A DNA stretch of 64,000 nt from Candidatus Micrarchaeota archaeon (lineage in GTDB: Archaea; Micrarchaeota; Micrarchaeia; Anstonellales; Bilamarchaeaceae), in contig CAZYJW010000003.1 of NCBI GenBank assembly GCA_964647855.1, positions 67,431 through 131,430 on the forward strand, read 5' to 3'. This document shows, one piece after another, positions 1-10,010 of the stretch. The position numbers were made by a program, and so were the translations under genes. Position 1 is the stretch's first letter; every line of letters begins with the position of its first letter. The notes below the pieces were generated by a model that did not search any database, was not told the DNA's origin, and saw only the letters and a list, made by a program, of their open reading frames with translations.

Positions 1-118
1 ACATGGCCTACTGAAGGCCGGTTTCCCCGTTTTCCATCTTCTTTCCTTTGTTCGCCCCCTCTTTCCCCCGACCGTCCCCTGAAGACGCTTTATATTCTCT
101 CCTTACCTATCATACTGC

Positions 119-802
119 ATGCTCTCCTACATCGCCGGCATAGACGAGGCGGGCAGGGGGCCGGTGATAGGGCCCCTCGTCATCTGCTGCGCATCGTGCA
201 AGAGGGACGACGAGAAGCTGCTCCGCAAACTCGCCTCCAAGGACTCCAAGGCCCTGACGCGGGAGCAGAGGGAGCGGGCTTACGAGGGCCTCAAGGCGTT
301 CGTGACATTCCGCTGGGTGGAAATCAGCGCCAAGGACCTCAATTCCCTCATGGACACGATGTCCCTCAACGACATCGAGGCCAAGACCATGGCCGACCTC
401 ATCAAAAAGCTCGGAGAGGGCGACGTGATGATCGACATGCCCGACCGCTACGGCTGGACCTTCCGCAGGCGCATGGAGCGCTTCGGCGTGAAGAAGTTCG
501 AGGCCGAGCACAAGGCCGACGAGAAATATCCCATAGTCGCGGCGGCATCTATATGCGCCAAAATCCTCCGCGACCGGAAAATCGAGGAGATACGCAAAGC
601 CACATGCGATTTCGGGAGCGGCTATCCCGGCGATTCGAAGACCGTCGCGGCGCTCAAGGACAAGGCGAGCCGCAGGCTCCTCGAGCCGTTCATCAGGCAG
701 AAGTGGAAGACCCTCGAGAACATCAAGCAGACCAAATTGTTCGCCCACGAGGAGCCCGCGAAGGGCCCCGGCGCGGGGGAAGAGGGAGCCGGAGGGCAGT
801 AG
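119..802 (+). CDS. rnhB: Ribonuclease HII
   Basis: N-terminal GIDEAGRGPVIGP, DSK, KAD..YPIVAAASI.AK and GSGYPGD motifs; TTTATATT box near 88-95. Confidence 0.97.
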   Translation: MLSYIAGIDEAGRGPVIGPLVICCASCKRDDEKLLRKLASKDSKALTREQRERAYEGLKAFVTFRWVEISAKDLNSLMDTMSLNDIEAKTMADLIKKLGEGDVMIDMPDRYGWTFRRRMERFGVKKFEAEHKADEKYPIVAAASICAKILRDRKIEEIRKATCDFGSGYPGDSKTVAALKDKASRRLLEPFIRQKWKTLENIKQTKLFAHEEPAKGPGAGEEGAGGQ

Positions 803-803
803 G

Positions 804-1085
804 ATGGCGAAGCTCTTCGTGAAGAACGACGGGGTGGAGCTCGAAATCCCGGACGGCTCGGCCATCCTAAGCTTCCTGTGGGAGGGAACGGCGTTTCCTC
901 AGGCCTGCGAGGACGGGAGCACGCCCATGTGCGCCTGCGTCATCATTTCGGGGGAGGAGAACGTGAGCCCCAAGACGCAGCGCGAGATTGAGACCCTGCA
1001 CAGGGCGGGGCTTCCGAACTCGCCCCGCAACCGCCTTGCCTGCCAGATGTGGATACGCAAGGGGCGCGTGGAAATCGAATACTGA
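804..1085 (+). CDS. 2Fe-2S ferredoxin-like protein with atypical Cys motif
   Basis: ACEDGSTPMCAC ... RLACQ; plant/adrenodoxin-type pattern with the second Cys replaced by Thr. Confidence 0.75.
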   Translation: MAKLFVKNDGVELEIPDGSAILSFLWEGTAFPQACEDGSTPMCACVIISGEENVSPKTQREIETLHRAGLPNSPRNRLACQMWIRKGRVEIEY

Positions 1086-1142
1086 TGGGGGCAGGGAAAA
1101 ACAGAAAAGGACGGGGGAACGCGCGAACGCCGATGAGCCGGC

Positions 1143-1880
1143 TCATTCCGCCGCGGTTCCGTTGCTCTCCACGGTTATTTTCGCCGTGAGCGCCCTGAAG
1201 AGCTGCGAGTAGTAGTCGCATTCGAACTCCTCGCCCATCGTTATGGTGGCGCTGTTTCCTGAGGCGATGGAGCCCGTGTCGAAGACCTTCCTCGCAGCTA
1301 TGAAGCATGTCGCGGTCTGGGGCATCTTTCCGCTGTTGACCCAGGTAACGCGGTCTCCCACCTTCACCGTGAGGTCGGCCGGCTTGAAGCCCTTGTCGTC
1401 GATTGTCACGGTGTGGTCCACCGGGACGTATTCGGCCGGCTTCTCCCTCTCTATCGTGAACTGGACCTCCCGCATTATCGAGGGCGAATACTGCGTCCTG
1501 TCGTTGTTGAGGACCTCGACCTTTATCGTATGCTCGCCCACGGCGAGGCCGCTGACCAGGTAGTTCTTGGTGGTCACCGTCTGCGGGACGCCGTCATCGA
1601 CCGTGACCCTGAAGTGGCCCTCGCCCTTCTTGGCTGCTCCGCCGGGGGATTTCAGGAGGAGGTTCTGCGTGGATATCGCAAGAGTGACATCCAGCGTGTC
1701 GCCCTGCGACATCATCACCTCGCCCGCCGTCGGGCTGACGATGGAAACCACGGGGTTCGGCGGGGGCGGCGGGGGCGGCGGGGGCTCGGTCTCGTTGGTG
1801 ACGTTCTGCTCCTCGCCGAATATTACGCATCCCGAAAACAGGGCCATGGCGAGCGCCAGGCCCAGGAAAAGCGCTTTCAT
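1143..1880 (-). CDS. Predicted lipoprotein: poly-Pro linker, Ig-like domain, C-terminal cupredoxin-like domain
   Basis: Signal peptide with lipobox LFSGC; FKPADLTVKVGDRVTWVN is a cupredoxin start; Cu ligands degenerate. Confidence 0.7.
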   Translation of the reverse strand: MKALFLGLALAMALFSGCVIFGEEQNVTNETEPPPPPPPPPNPVVSIVSPTAGEVMMSQGDTLDVTLAISTQNLLLKSPGGAAKKGEGHFRVTVDDGVPQTVTTKNYLVSGLAVGEHTIKVEVLNNDRTQYSPSIMREVQFTIEREKPAEYVPVDHTVTIDDKGFKPADLTVKVGDRVTWVNSGKMPQTATCFIAARKVFDTGSIASGNSATITMGEEFECDYYSQLFRALTAKITVESNGTAAE

Positions 1881-1934
1881 GGGGTTTTATCGCCTGAATA
1901 TGATTATAAATCGTTGCACGGGCCAATTTCATGC

Positions 1935-2579
1935 ATGATAAGGGCGCTTCTTTTCGATTTCGACGGCGTGGTGGTCCGCTCCGAGGCCCTCCACATGGAG
2001 ACGTTCATGGAACTGCTCTCCCCCCACGGGGTCAGCGTGCCGAAGGAGCGCTGGTACCGGGAGTTCGCCGGGACCGGCTCGAGGCACATATTCGAGGTCC
2101 TTGTCCGGGAGAACAACCTCCCGCTCGAGGTGGACGCCCTTGTCGCGCGCAGGAAGGCCGCGTATGAGGCCCGTGTGCGGGCGGGCGCCCTTTCGGAAAC
2201 GAAGGGGTTCCGCGCGTTCGCTTCCAAGGCCAGGGAGCTGGGGATAAGGACGGCCGTAGTCTCCGGAAGCCACAGGACCAACGTCCAGGCCGCCCTTGAG
2301 ACCCTGGGCCTCGGGGGATTCTTCGACCTTATCGTCAGCGGGGACGATCTGCCCGAGCGCAAGCCCGACCCCGGGCCGTTTCTCCACGCGGCGCGGGCTT
2401 TGCGCGCGCACCCGTCCGAATGCCTCGTGATAGAGGATTCCCCAGCCGGATGCGAGGCGGCGCGGCGGGCCGGGATGAGGCTCGTGTGGATGCGGCCGGA
2501 GGTGAGCGCGGGGGAGCAGAAGGCGGACCTCGCGGTGGATGACTTTTCCGACCCCGCCCTCATGGGAATGCTCTCATGA
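1935..2579 (+). CDS. HAD-superfamily hydrolase (beta-phosphoglucomutase/CbbY-like)
   Basis: Start trimmed to MIRALLFDFDGVV (DxD motif I); KPDP and IEDS..G motifs. Confidence 0.92.
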   Translation: MIRALLFDFDGVVVRSEALHMETFMELLSPHGVSVPKERWYREFAGTGSRHIFEVLVRENNLPLEVDALVARRKAAYEARVRAGALSETKGFRAFASKARELGIRTAVVSGSHRTNVQAALETLGLGGFFDLIVSGDDLPERKPDPGPFLHAARALRAHPSECLVIEDSPAGCEAARRAGMRLVWMRPEVSAGEQKADLAVDDFSDPALMGMLS

Positions 2580-3476
2580 GCGGAGGGGCCAGTGCCTTCT
2601 CAGGGCCTCGAGCATCTCAGATGCGCTCTGGTAGCGTTCCTCGGCGCGCTCCCGCACCGCCTTCAGGATAATCGACGCGGCCGCGCATGGCGCGGTTTCC
2701 CGCAGGCCCCCGAGCAGAATTCTCTCGGATTCGTCCATCCAGTAGGGGGCGGCCGGAGCCCTGCCGGATACCATGTGGTAGGCAAGCATCCCGAGCGCAT
2801 AGAGGTCGGTCCGCTCGTCCGTCCTTCCGCCGAAGAGCTCGGGAGCGCAGTATGAGAGGTTGCCCGGCATGAAGGAGACGCGTAAAAGGCGCGAGAGCAC
2901 GCTGCCCCCGTGCACGCGCTCGGAGACGCCGAAATCGAGCAGGACCGCGCCGCCTTCCGTGATCATCACGTTGGACGGCTTGATGTCGCGGTGGATGAAC
3001 CCTGCTGAATGGACCGCAATGAGGGCGCTGCATACGCCCAGGAGTATGCCCCGGGCCTCCCCCGCTTCATAAACGCGCCCTTCCCCAAGCCGCGCAGAAA
3101 GGCTCTTCCCCCGCACGTGCTCCAGCACCAGGAAATCCGAGCCTTCGAAAGGCCCGTCCCCGAAGCGCCCGGAATCCAGCAGGTTTGCTATGTTCGGACT
3201 TGTGATTTCTGAAAGCGCCCTTTTTTCGCGCCTGAGCGCCTCCCTGGCTCCTGCGGATTCCCTCGCGACCTTGAGCGCGACCTCCCTGCCGGTTTTCCTG
3301 TCGAATGCGCGGTAGACGCCGCCCATGCATCCCCCGCCCAGCGCGCCCAGCCCGTCGAATCGCCCCATCTGCTCGGTCTCGGCCTTGAAGATGGAGAACG
3401 CTCCGTTTCGCCTTCGCGCAGGGGTGTGGTTCAGCCCGCCGCCGTGCATGGATGAATCTGGGCGCCTTTGTTTCAT
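2574..3476 (-). CDS. Hanks-type Ser/Thr protein kinase (stand-alone catalytic domain)
   Basis: Gly-rich loop LGGGCMGGVY, VALK, HRDIKPSN, DFG, YCAPE, D.YALG. Confidence 0.93.
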   Translation of the reverse strand: MKQRRPDSSMHGGGLNHTPARRRNGAFSIFKAETEQMGRFDGLGALGGGCMGGVYRAFDRKTGREVALKVARESAGAREALRREKRALSEITSPNIANLLDSGRFGDGPFEGSDFLVLEHVRGKSLSARLGEGRVYEAGEARGILLGVCSALIAVHSAGFIHRDIKPSNVMITEGGAVLLDFGVSERVHGGSVLSRLLRVSFMPGNLSYCAPELFGGRTDERTDLYALGMLAYHMVSGRAPAAPYWMDESERILLGGLRETAPCAAASIILKAVRERAEERYQSASEMLEALRRHWPLRS

Positions 3477-3593
3477 GTTATATTTAATGGATAAATGTTA
3501 TTATAAATATGCCGCCCTGCCCGCGCCCGCCGGTGTTTTATTCCCTTCCCCAGAAAGTCAGCCCTGATACGGAAATCCGCTCGAGAGATTGGC

Positions 3594-4772
3594 ATGATAA
3601 GGCTTGAGCTGGACCGGAAAAGGCGTTCAATCTCTGTGAAGGAGCCGGCCGACGTCTCCTCGCTGCAGAACGGCTTCTACGGCCAGATGAAACGGGGAAT
3701 CATTTACCTCACACCGGAGGAGGCACTCTACGTGATGGACATCCGCAACGGCAGGTGCTTCGACTCCGCCGGCAACGAATACGGCTTCAACGAGGTCGCC
3801 TCGCTCTTCCTCCGGAACAGGAAGCTCCTCGCGCGCTACCTCACCTACAAGGATTACCGCGACAAGGGGCTCATTCCCCGCCCGGCAGAAGAGGCCGAAG
3901 GCGGCTACGGGAGGGGCACGTCAGTGAAATACGCCGAGGGGAGCCTCTCGATGGACTCCTTCTCGTTCCAGGGGCTTTACTTCCCGAACGACCTCATCAC
4001 AATCGTTGACGACGAGAAGGCGGGGAAGGAGCTTTATGAAAGATACTGGCTCGGCCAGTTCGGGACGTACAAGGCCGCGCACCGGGGCAGGATTTCCAAG
4101 CTCGACGTCTACGAGACCATATTCCTGCTCAAGCACGGCGACCTCCACCTGAGGAACGCGAAGCTTGCAGATGTGGAGAAGGGGGCCCGAAAGCGCATCA
4201 GATTCTTCGCGGACATGTATCTAGTGTACGAGGACTGGCGCAAGCGGGGCTACGTGGTGAAGACGGGATTCAAGTTCGGGACGCATTTCCGCATCTATTT
4301 CCCGGGGGCGTCCCCGGTGCGGAGCGAGGACGAGTGGATGCATTCCAAGCACGTCATCCACGTGTTCCCGAGGAGGCACAAGCAGCTGATATCCGAATGG
4401 GCCCGCGCCATACGCGTCGCCCACAGCGTGAAGAAGACGTTCATACTCGCCATACCCGGCAAGAAGGCCGAGCCGCCCGCGGCCGGAGCGAAGAGGCGGA
4501 GGCTGGACTTCATCCTGTATCACCGGAAGAAGGGCGGGATAGATACCCCGAAGGACGGGACCCCGAAATACCTCATGTACTCCCTCACCGAGGACGAGTA
4601 CATCGGCGGGGAGGAGCTCGCGAAGGCCCTTGCCGAGTGCGGCGCCTCCGGCCTCGAGATGATGATGGCGATAGCCGACCGGGAGAGCAGCGTGACGTAT
4701 TACGTCATCAAGTCCATCGACCTCCCGGGAAGCGAGTACGAGTATTACGAGATAGAATGGCTGCAACCATAG
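3594..4772 (+). CDS. endA: tRNA-splicing endonuclease, epsilon2 (three-unit, ARMAN/Micrarchaeota) type
   Basis: GFKFGTHFRIY, H and K catalytic-region motifs; 392 aa; GTYK loop with Lys160 resembling the ARMAN-specific loop. Confidence 0.92.
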   Translation: MIRLELDRKRRSISVKEPADVSSLQNGFYGQMKRGIIYLTPEEALYVMDIRNGRCFDSAGNEYGFNEVASLFLRNRKLLARYLTYKDYRDKGLIPRPAEEAEGGYGRGTSVKYAEGSLSMDSFSFQGLYFPNDLITIVDDEKAGKELYERYWLGQFGTYKAAHRGRISKLDVYETIFLLKHGDLHLRNAKLADVEKGARKRIRFFADMYLVYEDWRKRGYVVKTGFKFGTHFRIYFPGASPVRSEDEWMHSKHVIHVFPRRHKQLISEWARAIRVAHSVKKTFILAIPGKKAEPPAAGAKRRRLDFILYHRKKGGIDTPKDGTPKYLMYSLTEDEYIGGEELAKALAECGASGLEMMMAIADRESSVTYYVIKSIDLPGSEYEYYEIEWLQP

Positions 4773-4897
4773 CAGCCATTCCCGCCAAATGCTTTCGCAT
4801 TTGACGGTCGAGTGGATTCAGCCGTGAATCCGCTTCAGGCAAAAAGAGGGCTTTTTGCTATAGAATGGCTCCAGAAATAGCCGTTTATGAGGTGTCA

Positions 4898-5176
4898 ATG
4901 ATGCAAGTGAGGGCAAGCCACATCCTGGTGAAGGACGAGAAGACTGCGAAGAAGCTGAAGGGCGAGATAGACGCGGGAGCCGACTTCGCGAAGGCCGCGA
5001 AGATGCACTCGGAATGCCCGAGCGGGGAATCCGGCGGGGACCTCGGGTTCTTCGGGAGGGGCCAGATGGTCCGGGAGTTCGAGGATGCCGCGTTCTCGCT
5101 TCCCGTGGGCGTCGTTTCGGCTCCGGTGAAGACCGAATTCGGCTACCACCTGATTGTCGTCACGGCGAAGAAATAG
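4898..5176 (+). CDS. ppiC: Parvulin-type peptidyl-prolyl isomerase
   Basis: [39 protein letters not shown]; GAGGTG RBS before ATG 4898. Confidence 0.95.
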   Translation: MMQVRASHILVKDEKTAKKLKGEIDAGADFAKAAKMHSECPSGESGGDLGFFGRGQMVREFEDAAFSLPVGVVSAPVKTEFGYHLIVVTAKK

Positions 5177-5254
5177 GCCGCTGCCGTCGGTGCTTCGGGG
5201 TGGCAATGGGTAGCTTTTTATACTATTTGTTTCATAAATTAGATAGGTGTGTAT

Positions 5255-5908
5255 ATGAGGTGGGCTACGTTCATCGCGCTCCTAGCGCTTTTCGTGCTTC
5301 CGGCCAGCTTCGCCGCGATAATACAGTCCGGCGACAACGGCGGGGAATTCGTGGAGAAGACGGCGCAGGCGCAGTGCGGCGCCCAGGACGTCCAGGCTGT
5401 CTACAAGTGCCTCGGCAACGTCGTGAGGGTCGTATCCTCGGTTCCCGGCGAAGGCAGCACGTTCTATAAGCCCGAGGGCAAGGCCGTATACTGCCCCGTG
5501 GTTGCGCCCTCCGAGATGGGCGCGGAATGCCTCCAGATGATGACCCCCAACTTCTGCCCAATCCAGGCTGAATGCGGCCTCTCTCCGGCTCCGGAGATTT
5601 TCCCGGGGCAGAACGATACCCCCGAGCAGACGGGCGATGAAGACGCCTACATTGTGCCAGGCCAGGCCGCAAGCGACAACGTCCAGGACGATGCCGCTGA
5701 GGCCGAGCCGGAGCCCGAGAAGCCCGCTGCGCCACCCAAAAGGACGACAATAATAAAGGACAACGAGGTCGAGGCGGCCGGGCCGGTGCAGAACGACGTC
5801 GACGCGCCATTCGGATATCTGGTTCTCGTGGTCCTCCTGCTCGGAATCGGCGCCGTGGGTGTGCTTTTCCTGCTCTTCCGCAACAGCCTCGCAGAAGACG
5901 AGGCCTGA
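5255..5908 (+). CDS. Cys-rich secreted protein with C-terminal membrane anchor
   Basis: Signal peptide, several Cys in the N-terminal domain, acidic/Pro linker, hydrophobic C-terminal helix. Confidence 0.7.
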   Translation: MRWATFIALLALFVLPASFAAIIQSGDNGGEFVEKTAQAQCGAQDVQAVYKCLGNVVRVVSSVPGEGSTFYKPEGKAVYCPVVAPSEMGAECLQMMTPNFCPIQAECGLSPAPEIFPGQNDTPEQTGDEDAYIVPGQAASDNVQDDAAEAEPEPEKPAAPPKRTTIIKDNEVEAAGPVQNDVDAPFGYLVLVVLLLGIGAVGVLFLLFRNSLAEDEA

Positions 5909-5909
5909 A

Positions 5910-7304
5910 TCATACGAGGGCCGTGAAGGCGGCCATTATTCTTTTCCTCTCACGGTCCACCAGCGCAGGCTTTGGCGCCCTGACCCTGCATTCCAGCCCC
6001 GGCCGCTCGAGGGATTTCATGGGGCCCCATTGCGCCTCGGAAAGCCGGACCCCGAGCGCCTTGGACGCCTCCGCGGCATCGAGGAGGCCTATCGTTTTCC
6101 CTTGCCCCTCGCAGTAGCGCACGAGCCCCCCGGCCTTTTCGTGCGCCTCGCGGAACGGCATCCCTCCCATGGCCAGCCTGTCGGCGACCTCGGTCGCCTG
6201 GCAAAAGCCGCGCTCAAGCTCTTCGCGGATTGCTGCGCTGTCGAAGGATATTCCGGCGACAATCAGCGCGGCCGTTTCCGCGCACTCCTGGGCCGTCGCA
6301 AGCCCGCCCATCACCGCGGCCTTCGTCTCCTGCATGTCGGAGTTGTACCCGCCGGGAAGCCCCTTGAGCGAGGCGAGCGCGTGGAAAAGCGCGCCGTACA
6401 CCCTGGCGCTGCGCCCCCTGATGAGCTCGAGGGCGTCGGGATTCTTCTTGTTGGGCATGATGCTGCTTCCGGTCGTGTGCTCCTCGGAGATGGACAGGAG
6501 GCCCTTCTCTGAGAGCCATATGAGCTCCTCGGAGAGCCTTGAGAGCTTGCACATCGCCAGGGAAAGCGCGCCGAGCACCTCCGCCTCGCACTCTCCGCGC
6601 GAGCTTATTGCGTCCATCTCGTTCTCCTGGACCGATTCCATCGCAAGGAGTGCGGCGGTCCTCCCGCGGTCGATTTTCCACGGCGTCCCGGCCACCGCGC
6701 ACGCCCCGAGCGGGTTCTGGTTCACCCTCCGGTAGGCCTCGGCAAGCCGGTCGATGTCGCGGGCGAGCGATGACACCCATGCGTCGCACCAGAAGGAGAC
6801 CGTGACGGGCTGGGCCGCCCGCGTGTGGGTGTAGGCGACCATGGGGCCGCCCGCCTTCGAAAGCCCGGCGAAGGCCGCCCTGAGGGCCCCTAATGATTCG
6901 ATGACCGCGAGGATGCGGTCCCGCATGAAAAGCCGCATGTCCAGGAGCGCCTGGTCGTTGCGCGAGCGGGCGGTGTGCATCTTCTTCCCCGCCGGGGTGA
7001 GGGCGCTAACGGCAGCCTCCACGTTCATGTGGACGTCCTCAAGACGGGGGTCGAGGATGAACACGCCCCCGTCCCAGCGGCGATATACCGTCCGGAGAGC
7101 CTTCCGGATGGATTCGTAATCCGCGGTGGATATTATCTGGGCCTCGTAGAGCATTTGGACATGCGCCAGGCTCCCGAGGATGTCGTAGGGTATCAGTGCG
7201 GCGTCGAGCCGCACGTTCTCCCCGCTGTTGAATGCGATGATTCGGTCCGAGGGCGGCTTGCCGAACCGGCCGCCCCAGAGCATTTTTTTCATGGCATTCC
7301 CCAT
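5910..7304 (-). CDS. argH: Argininosuccinate lyase
   Basis: LWGGRF start, HTARSRNDQ, GSSIMPNKKNPD signature (start may be 7292). Confidence 0.96.
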   Translation of the reverse strand: MGNAMKKMLWGGRFGKPPSDRIIAFNSGENVRLDAALIPYDILGSLAHVQMLYEAQIISTADYESIRKALRTVYRRWDGGVFILDPRLEDVHMNVEAAVSALTPAGKKMHTARSRNDQALLDMRLFMRDRILAVIESLGALRAAFAGLSKAGGPMVAYTHTRAAQPVTVSFWCDAWVSSLARDIDRLAEAYRRVNQNPLGACAVAGTPWKIDRGRTAALLAMESVQENEMDAISSRGECEAEVLGALSLAMCKLSRLSEELIWLSEKGLLSISEEHTTGSSIMPNKKNPDALELIRGRSARVYGALFHALASLKGLPGGYNSDMQETKAAVMGGLATAQECAETAALIVAGISFDSAAIREELERGFCQATEVADRLAMGGMPFREAHEKAGGLVRYCEGQGKTIGLLDAAEASKALGVRLSEAQWGPMKSLERPGLECRVRAPKPALVDRERKRIMAAFTALV

Positions 7305-7376
7305 GCACGTGAAGGAATATGAATGTGCGCCGCGCCGGAAGCGGCGCGCCGTTTTTCCCCCGCGTCTTCGTGCGGC

Positions 7377-8606
7377 TCAGCGCCTGCGCCTGTGCATGAT
7401 GGCGTGGTGGGCCATGAGGCGGATGGCGTTTATCCTGATGAAACCCGCGGAATCCGCCTGGTTGAAGCCGCCCTCGATGTCCATGCTCGAGAGCTCCTTG
7501 TCGTAGAGGGAGCTCGGCGACTCCCTGCCCCTTATCGTGATGTTCCCCTTGAAGAGGCTTAGGTGTACCACGCCGTCGATGACCTCCTGGCTCTTGTCTA
7601 TCGCGGCCATCAGGAAGTCCATCTCGGGGCTGAACCAGAAGCCGTTGTACACGAGCTCGGAGAACTTCGGCTCGAGCATGTCCCGCAGGCGCATCACCTC
7701 GCGGTCCATCGCGATTGCCTCGATGTCCATGTGGGCGGCGCGCAGGATGGTCGCGCCGGGCGTCTCGTAGACGCCCCTGGACTTGATTCCGACGAAGCGG
7801 TTCTCCACTATGTCGATGCGGCCGACTCCGTGCTCCGCGCCCGCCTCGTTCAGGAACATGAAAAGCTCCAGCGGGTCCGTCTTCTCGACGCCCCTGCCCT
7901 TGTCCACCGCCTTCACCGGGATGCCGTCCTTGAAATGTATCTCGAGCTCGGCCGGGGTGTCGGGGGCCTCCGCGGGGGATTTCGTCCACTCGAACATGTC
8001 CTCCGTGGGCGCGGTCATCGGGTCCTCGAGTACGCCGGACTCGTAGCTGATGTGCATGAGGTTCGCGTCGGTGCTGTAGGGCTTCTCGTGCGTCGCCTTG
8101 ATAGGTATGCCCTTCTCCTTCGCGTAGTTGATGAGGTCGGTCCTTCCCTTGAACCTTGAGAGGAATTCCGCGTCCTTCCACGGGGCGATGACCCTGATTC
8201 CCGGATTCAGGGCGAAATAGGTGAGCTCGAAGCGCACCTGGTCGTTGCCCTTTCCGGTGGCCCCGTGGGATACGAACTGCGCGCCCTCCTTCTCCGCTAT
8301 CTCTATCTGCCTTTTTGCGATGAGGGGCCTTGCGAGGGACGTTCCCAGCAGGTATCTCCCCTCGTATATGGCGTTCGCCTTTATGGCCGGGAAGATGAAG
8401 TCCGTCACGAACTCCTTTTTCAGATCCTCCACATACACCTTGGACGCCCCGACCTTTAGCGCCTTCTCCTTCGCGGCCGCGAAGTCCTCCTTCTGCCCCA
8501 CGTCGGCGATGTACGCCACGACCTCGTAGCCCTTGTCCACGAGCCACTTCAGGATGCACGATGTGTCCAATCCGCCGGAATATGCCAAAACGACCTTGTT
8601 GCCCAT
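7377..8606 (-). CDS. argG: Argininosuccinate synthase
   Basis: [53 protein letters not shown]; start trimmed to MGNKVV. Confidence 0.98.
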   Translation of the reverse strand: MGNKVVLAYSGGLDTSCILKWLVDKGYEVVAYIADVGQKEDFAAAKEKALKVGASKVYVEDLKKEFVTDFIFPAIKANAIYEGRYLLGTSLARPLIAKRQIEIAEKEGAQFVSHGATGKGNDQVRFELTYFALNPGIRVIAPWKDAEFLSRFKGRTDLINYAKEKGIPIKATHEKPYSTDANLMHISYESGVLEDPMTAPTEDMFEWTKSPAEAPDTPAELEIHFKDGIPVKAVDKGRGVEKTDPLELFMFLNEAGAEHGVGRIDIVENRFVGIKSRGVYETPGATILRAAHMDIEAIAMDREVMRLRDMLEPKFSELVYNGFWFSPEMDFLMAAIDKSQEVIDGVVHLSLFKGNITIRGRESPSSLYDKELSSMDIEGGFNQADSAGFIRINAIRLMAHHAIMHRRRR

Positions 8607-8620
8607 AGCCTCACCGTTGT

Positions 8621-9223
8621 TCATATCATCGTGGATGGCAGGGACGCCGCAAGCGGGACAAGCCCCGATGCAGTCCCGGCGTCCATGCCGTACCAGTATA
8701 CAATCCATTTCCCCGCCCGGGCCGCCCCGTCGCTGCTGCGCAGGTACCAGCCGTTCGCGGGGTTCTCCGCCGACGCCCTCCATATCAGGCTGCCGCACTC
8801 GCCCCGGATGCTCTCCCAAAGCCTGCCGCCGACGCCCGCGCCCTGCGCAGAGGGTTCGACCGCAAGCTTGTCCAGGTAGTCAATCCCGGCGAGCTTTTTT
8901 ATTATAGCGACTCCGCTGTAGTCGCCGCAAATCAGGACCTTGTGCGCCGGAAGCTCGAAATACCCCGCGATGAGGATTTTTCCGAAGCTGCGCTCGAGGA
9001 GGGCCTTCACCCGCCCGGTGTCGACGCCTGCATAGCCGGCGCAGGCCGCCACCCGGCCCCCGTCCGGCTGCCCGCGCAGGCGAGGCTCGGCGAGGGGCGC
9101 GCCGGCCCAGCCGGCCTTCGCAAGGAGAGGAAGGCTCGTCCGCGGACGCACGGGGCCAAGGAGCGCCCGGGCTGGAAGGGGGGCCGAGGCATGGCAGGCG
9201 AGGATAGCGCTGTATGTGTGCAT
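8621..9223 (-). CDS. Stand-alone GNAT domain of N-acetylglutamate synthase type (DUF619-like)
   Basis: YLDKLAV...QG.GVG..LW...LIWRA...NP.N.WY...SDG pattern; directly upstream of argG. Confidence 0.75.
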   Translation of the reverse strand: MHTYSAILACHASAPLPARALLGPVRPRTSLPLLAKAGWAGAPLAEPRLRGQPDGGRVAACAGYAGVDTGRVKALLERSFGKILIAGYFELPAHKVLICGDYSGVAIIKKLAGIDYLDKLAVEPSAQGAGVGGRLWESIRGECGSLIWRASAENPANGWYLRSSDGAARAGKWIVYWYGMDAGTASGLVPLAASLPSTMI

Positions 9224-9387
9224 TTTATCCGGCGGACTTGCGCCCTGGCACGCTTAAAAGGATTGCGCAAATGTTGTTTCAAAAAAAGGCATCGGTGTTC
9301 CACATGTAACGGAAAGGGATATAATGCCATCCCACCACCCATTGATAGCGGCGCTACGCGGCCGCATATGCCTGAGGGAAGGACACC

Positions 9388-9984
9388 ATGGCAAGCACTT
9401 CGGAACTGGTATGGCTATATGTGAAGCGGAGGCCCTTCCTCAAGGAGGTCCTGAGGCAGGGGATCGTCAACCATTCCGCCCTCGCGCGGAAAATCTCCCA
9501 GGAGGCGTTCGGCTCGCTCGACAGGCAGGCCGCGGTCAAGATGGCGCTGATACGCCTGGGGGACCGCATGGAACGCCTCGAAAGCGGCCTCGAGGAGAGG
9601 GTGCTGGGATTGCTAAAGCGCAGCTCGATGGTCCTCAAGAGCAGGGTTGCCGTCGCGATAGCGAAGCGCGAGCTCGAGGGGGTGCACCCGCTCTCCCAGA
9701 CCAAGTCCGGCAGGCACATCACCTACATACTCGAGCAGAGGGAGCTGGAGAAAATCCCTCCGAAGGCGCTCTGGAAGTGCGAGGAGAACCTCAACCTGGT
9801 AATCATCGAGAGCCCGGAGGATGTAGAGGAAACCCCAGGCGTGATATCCTTCCTCCTCGGCGCCCTGGCCTCCGAGGGCATCAACGTGGTGGAATTCATT
9901 TCGTGCTACACCGACACTATTCTCGTGCTCAACCAGGCTGACACGGAGCGGGCTTATCGCATCCTCTCCGGAATCATGGGCTGA
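9388..9984 (+). CDS. ACT-domain protein, putative amino-acid-sensing regulator
   Basis: N-terminal HTH-like VNHSALARKI; C-terminal ACT-like GVISFLLGALASEGINVVEFIS; divergent from the arg genes. Confidence 0.75.
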   Translation: MASTSELVWLYVKRRPFLKEVLRQGIVNHSALARKISQEAFGSLDRQAAVKMALIRLGDRMERLESGLEERVLGLLKRSSMVLKSRVAVAIAKRELEGVHPLSQTKSGRHITYILEQRELEKIPPKALWKCEENLNLVIIESPEDVEETPGVISFLLGALASEGINVVEFISCYTDTILVLNQADTERAYRILSGIMG

Positions 9985-10010
9985 CCCTGAAGGGAAAAGG
10001 ATGCGGGCCT

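Noticed and set aside
110-865. Long antisense and alternate-frame ORFs throughout the track (e.g. 110..865, 7039..8559, 12679..14385, 16858..18138, 59748..61103)
   Set aside because: Shadow ORFs of GC-rich coding DNA; they overlap well-supported genes and have no motifs.
1755-1790. G/C-rich tandem run resembling a microsatellite or G-quadruplex
   Set aside because: Explained by the poly-Pro linker of the lipoprotein.
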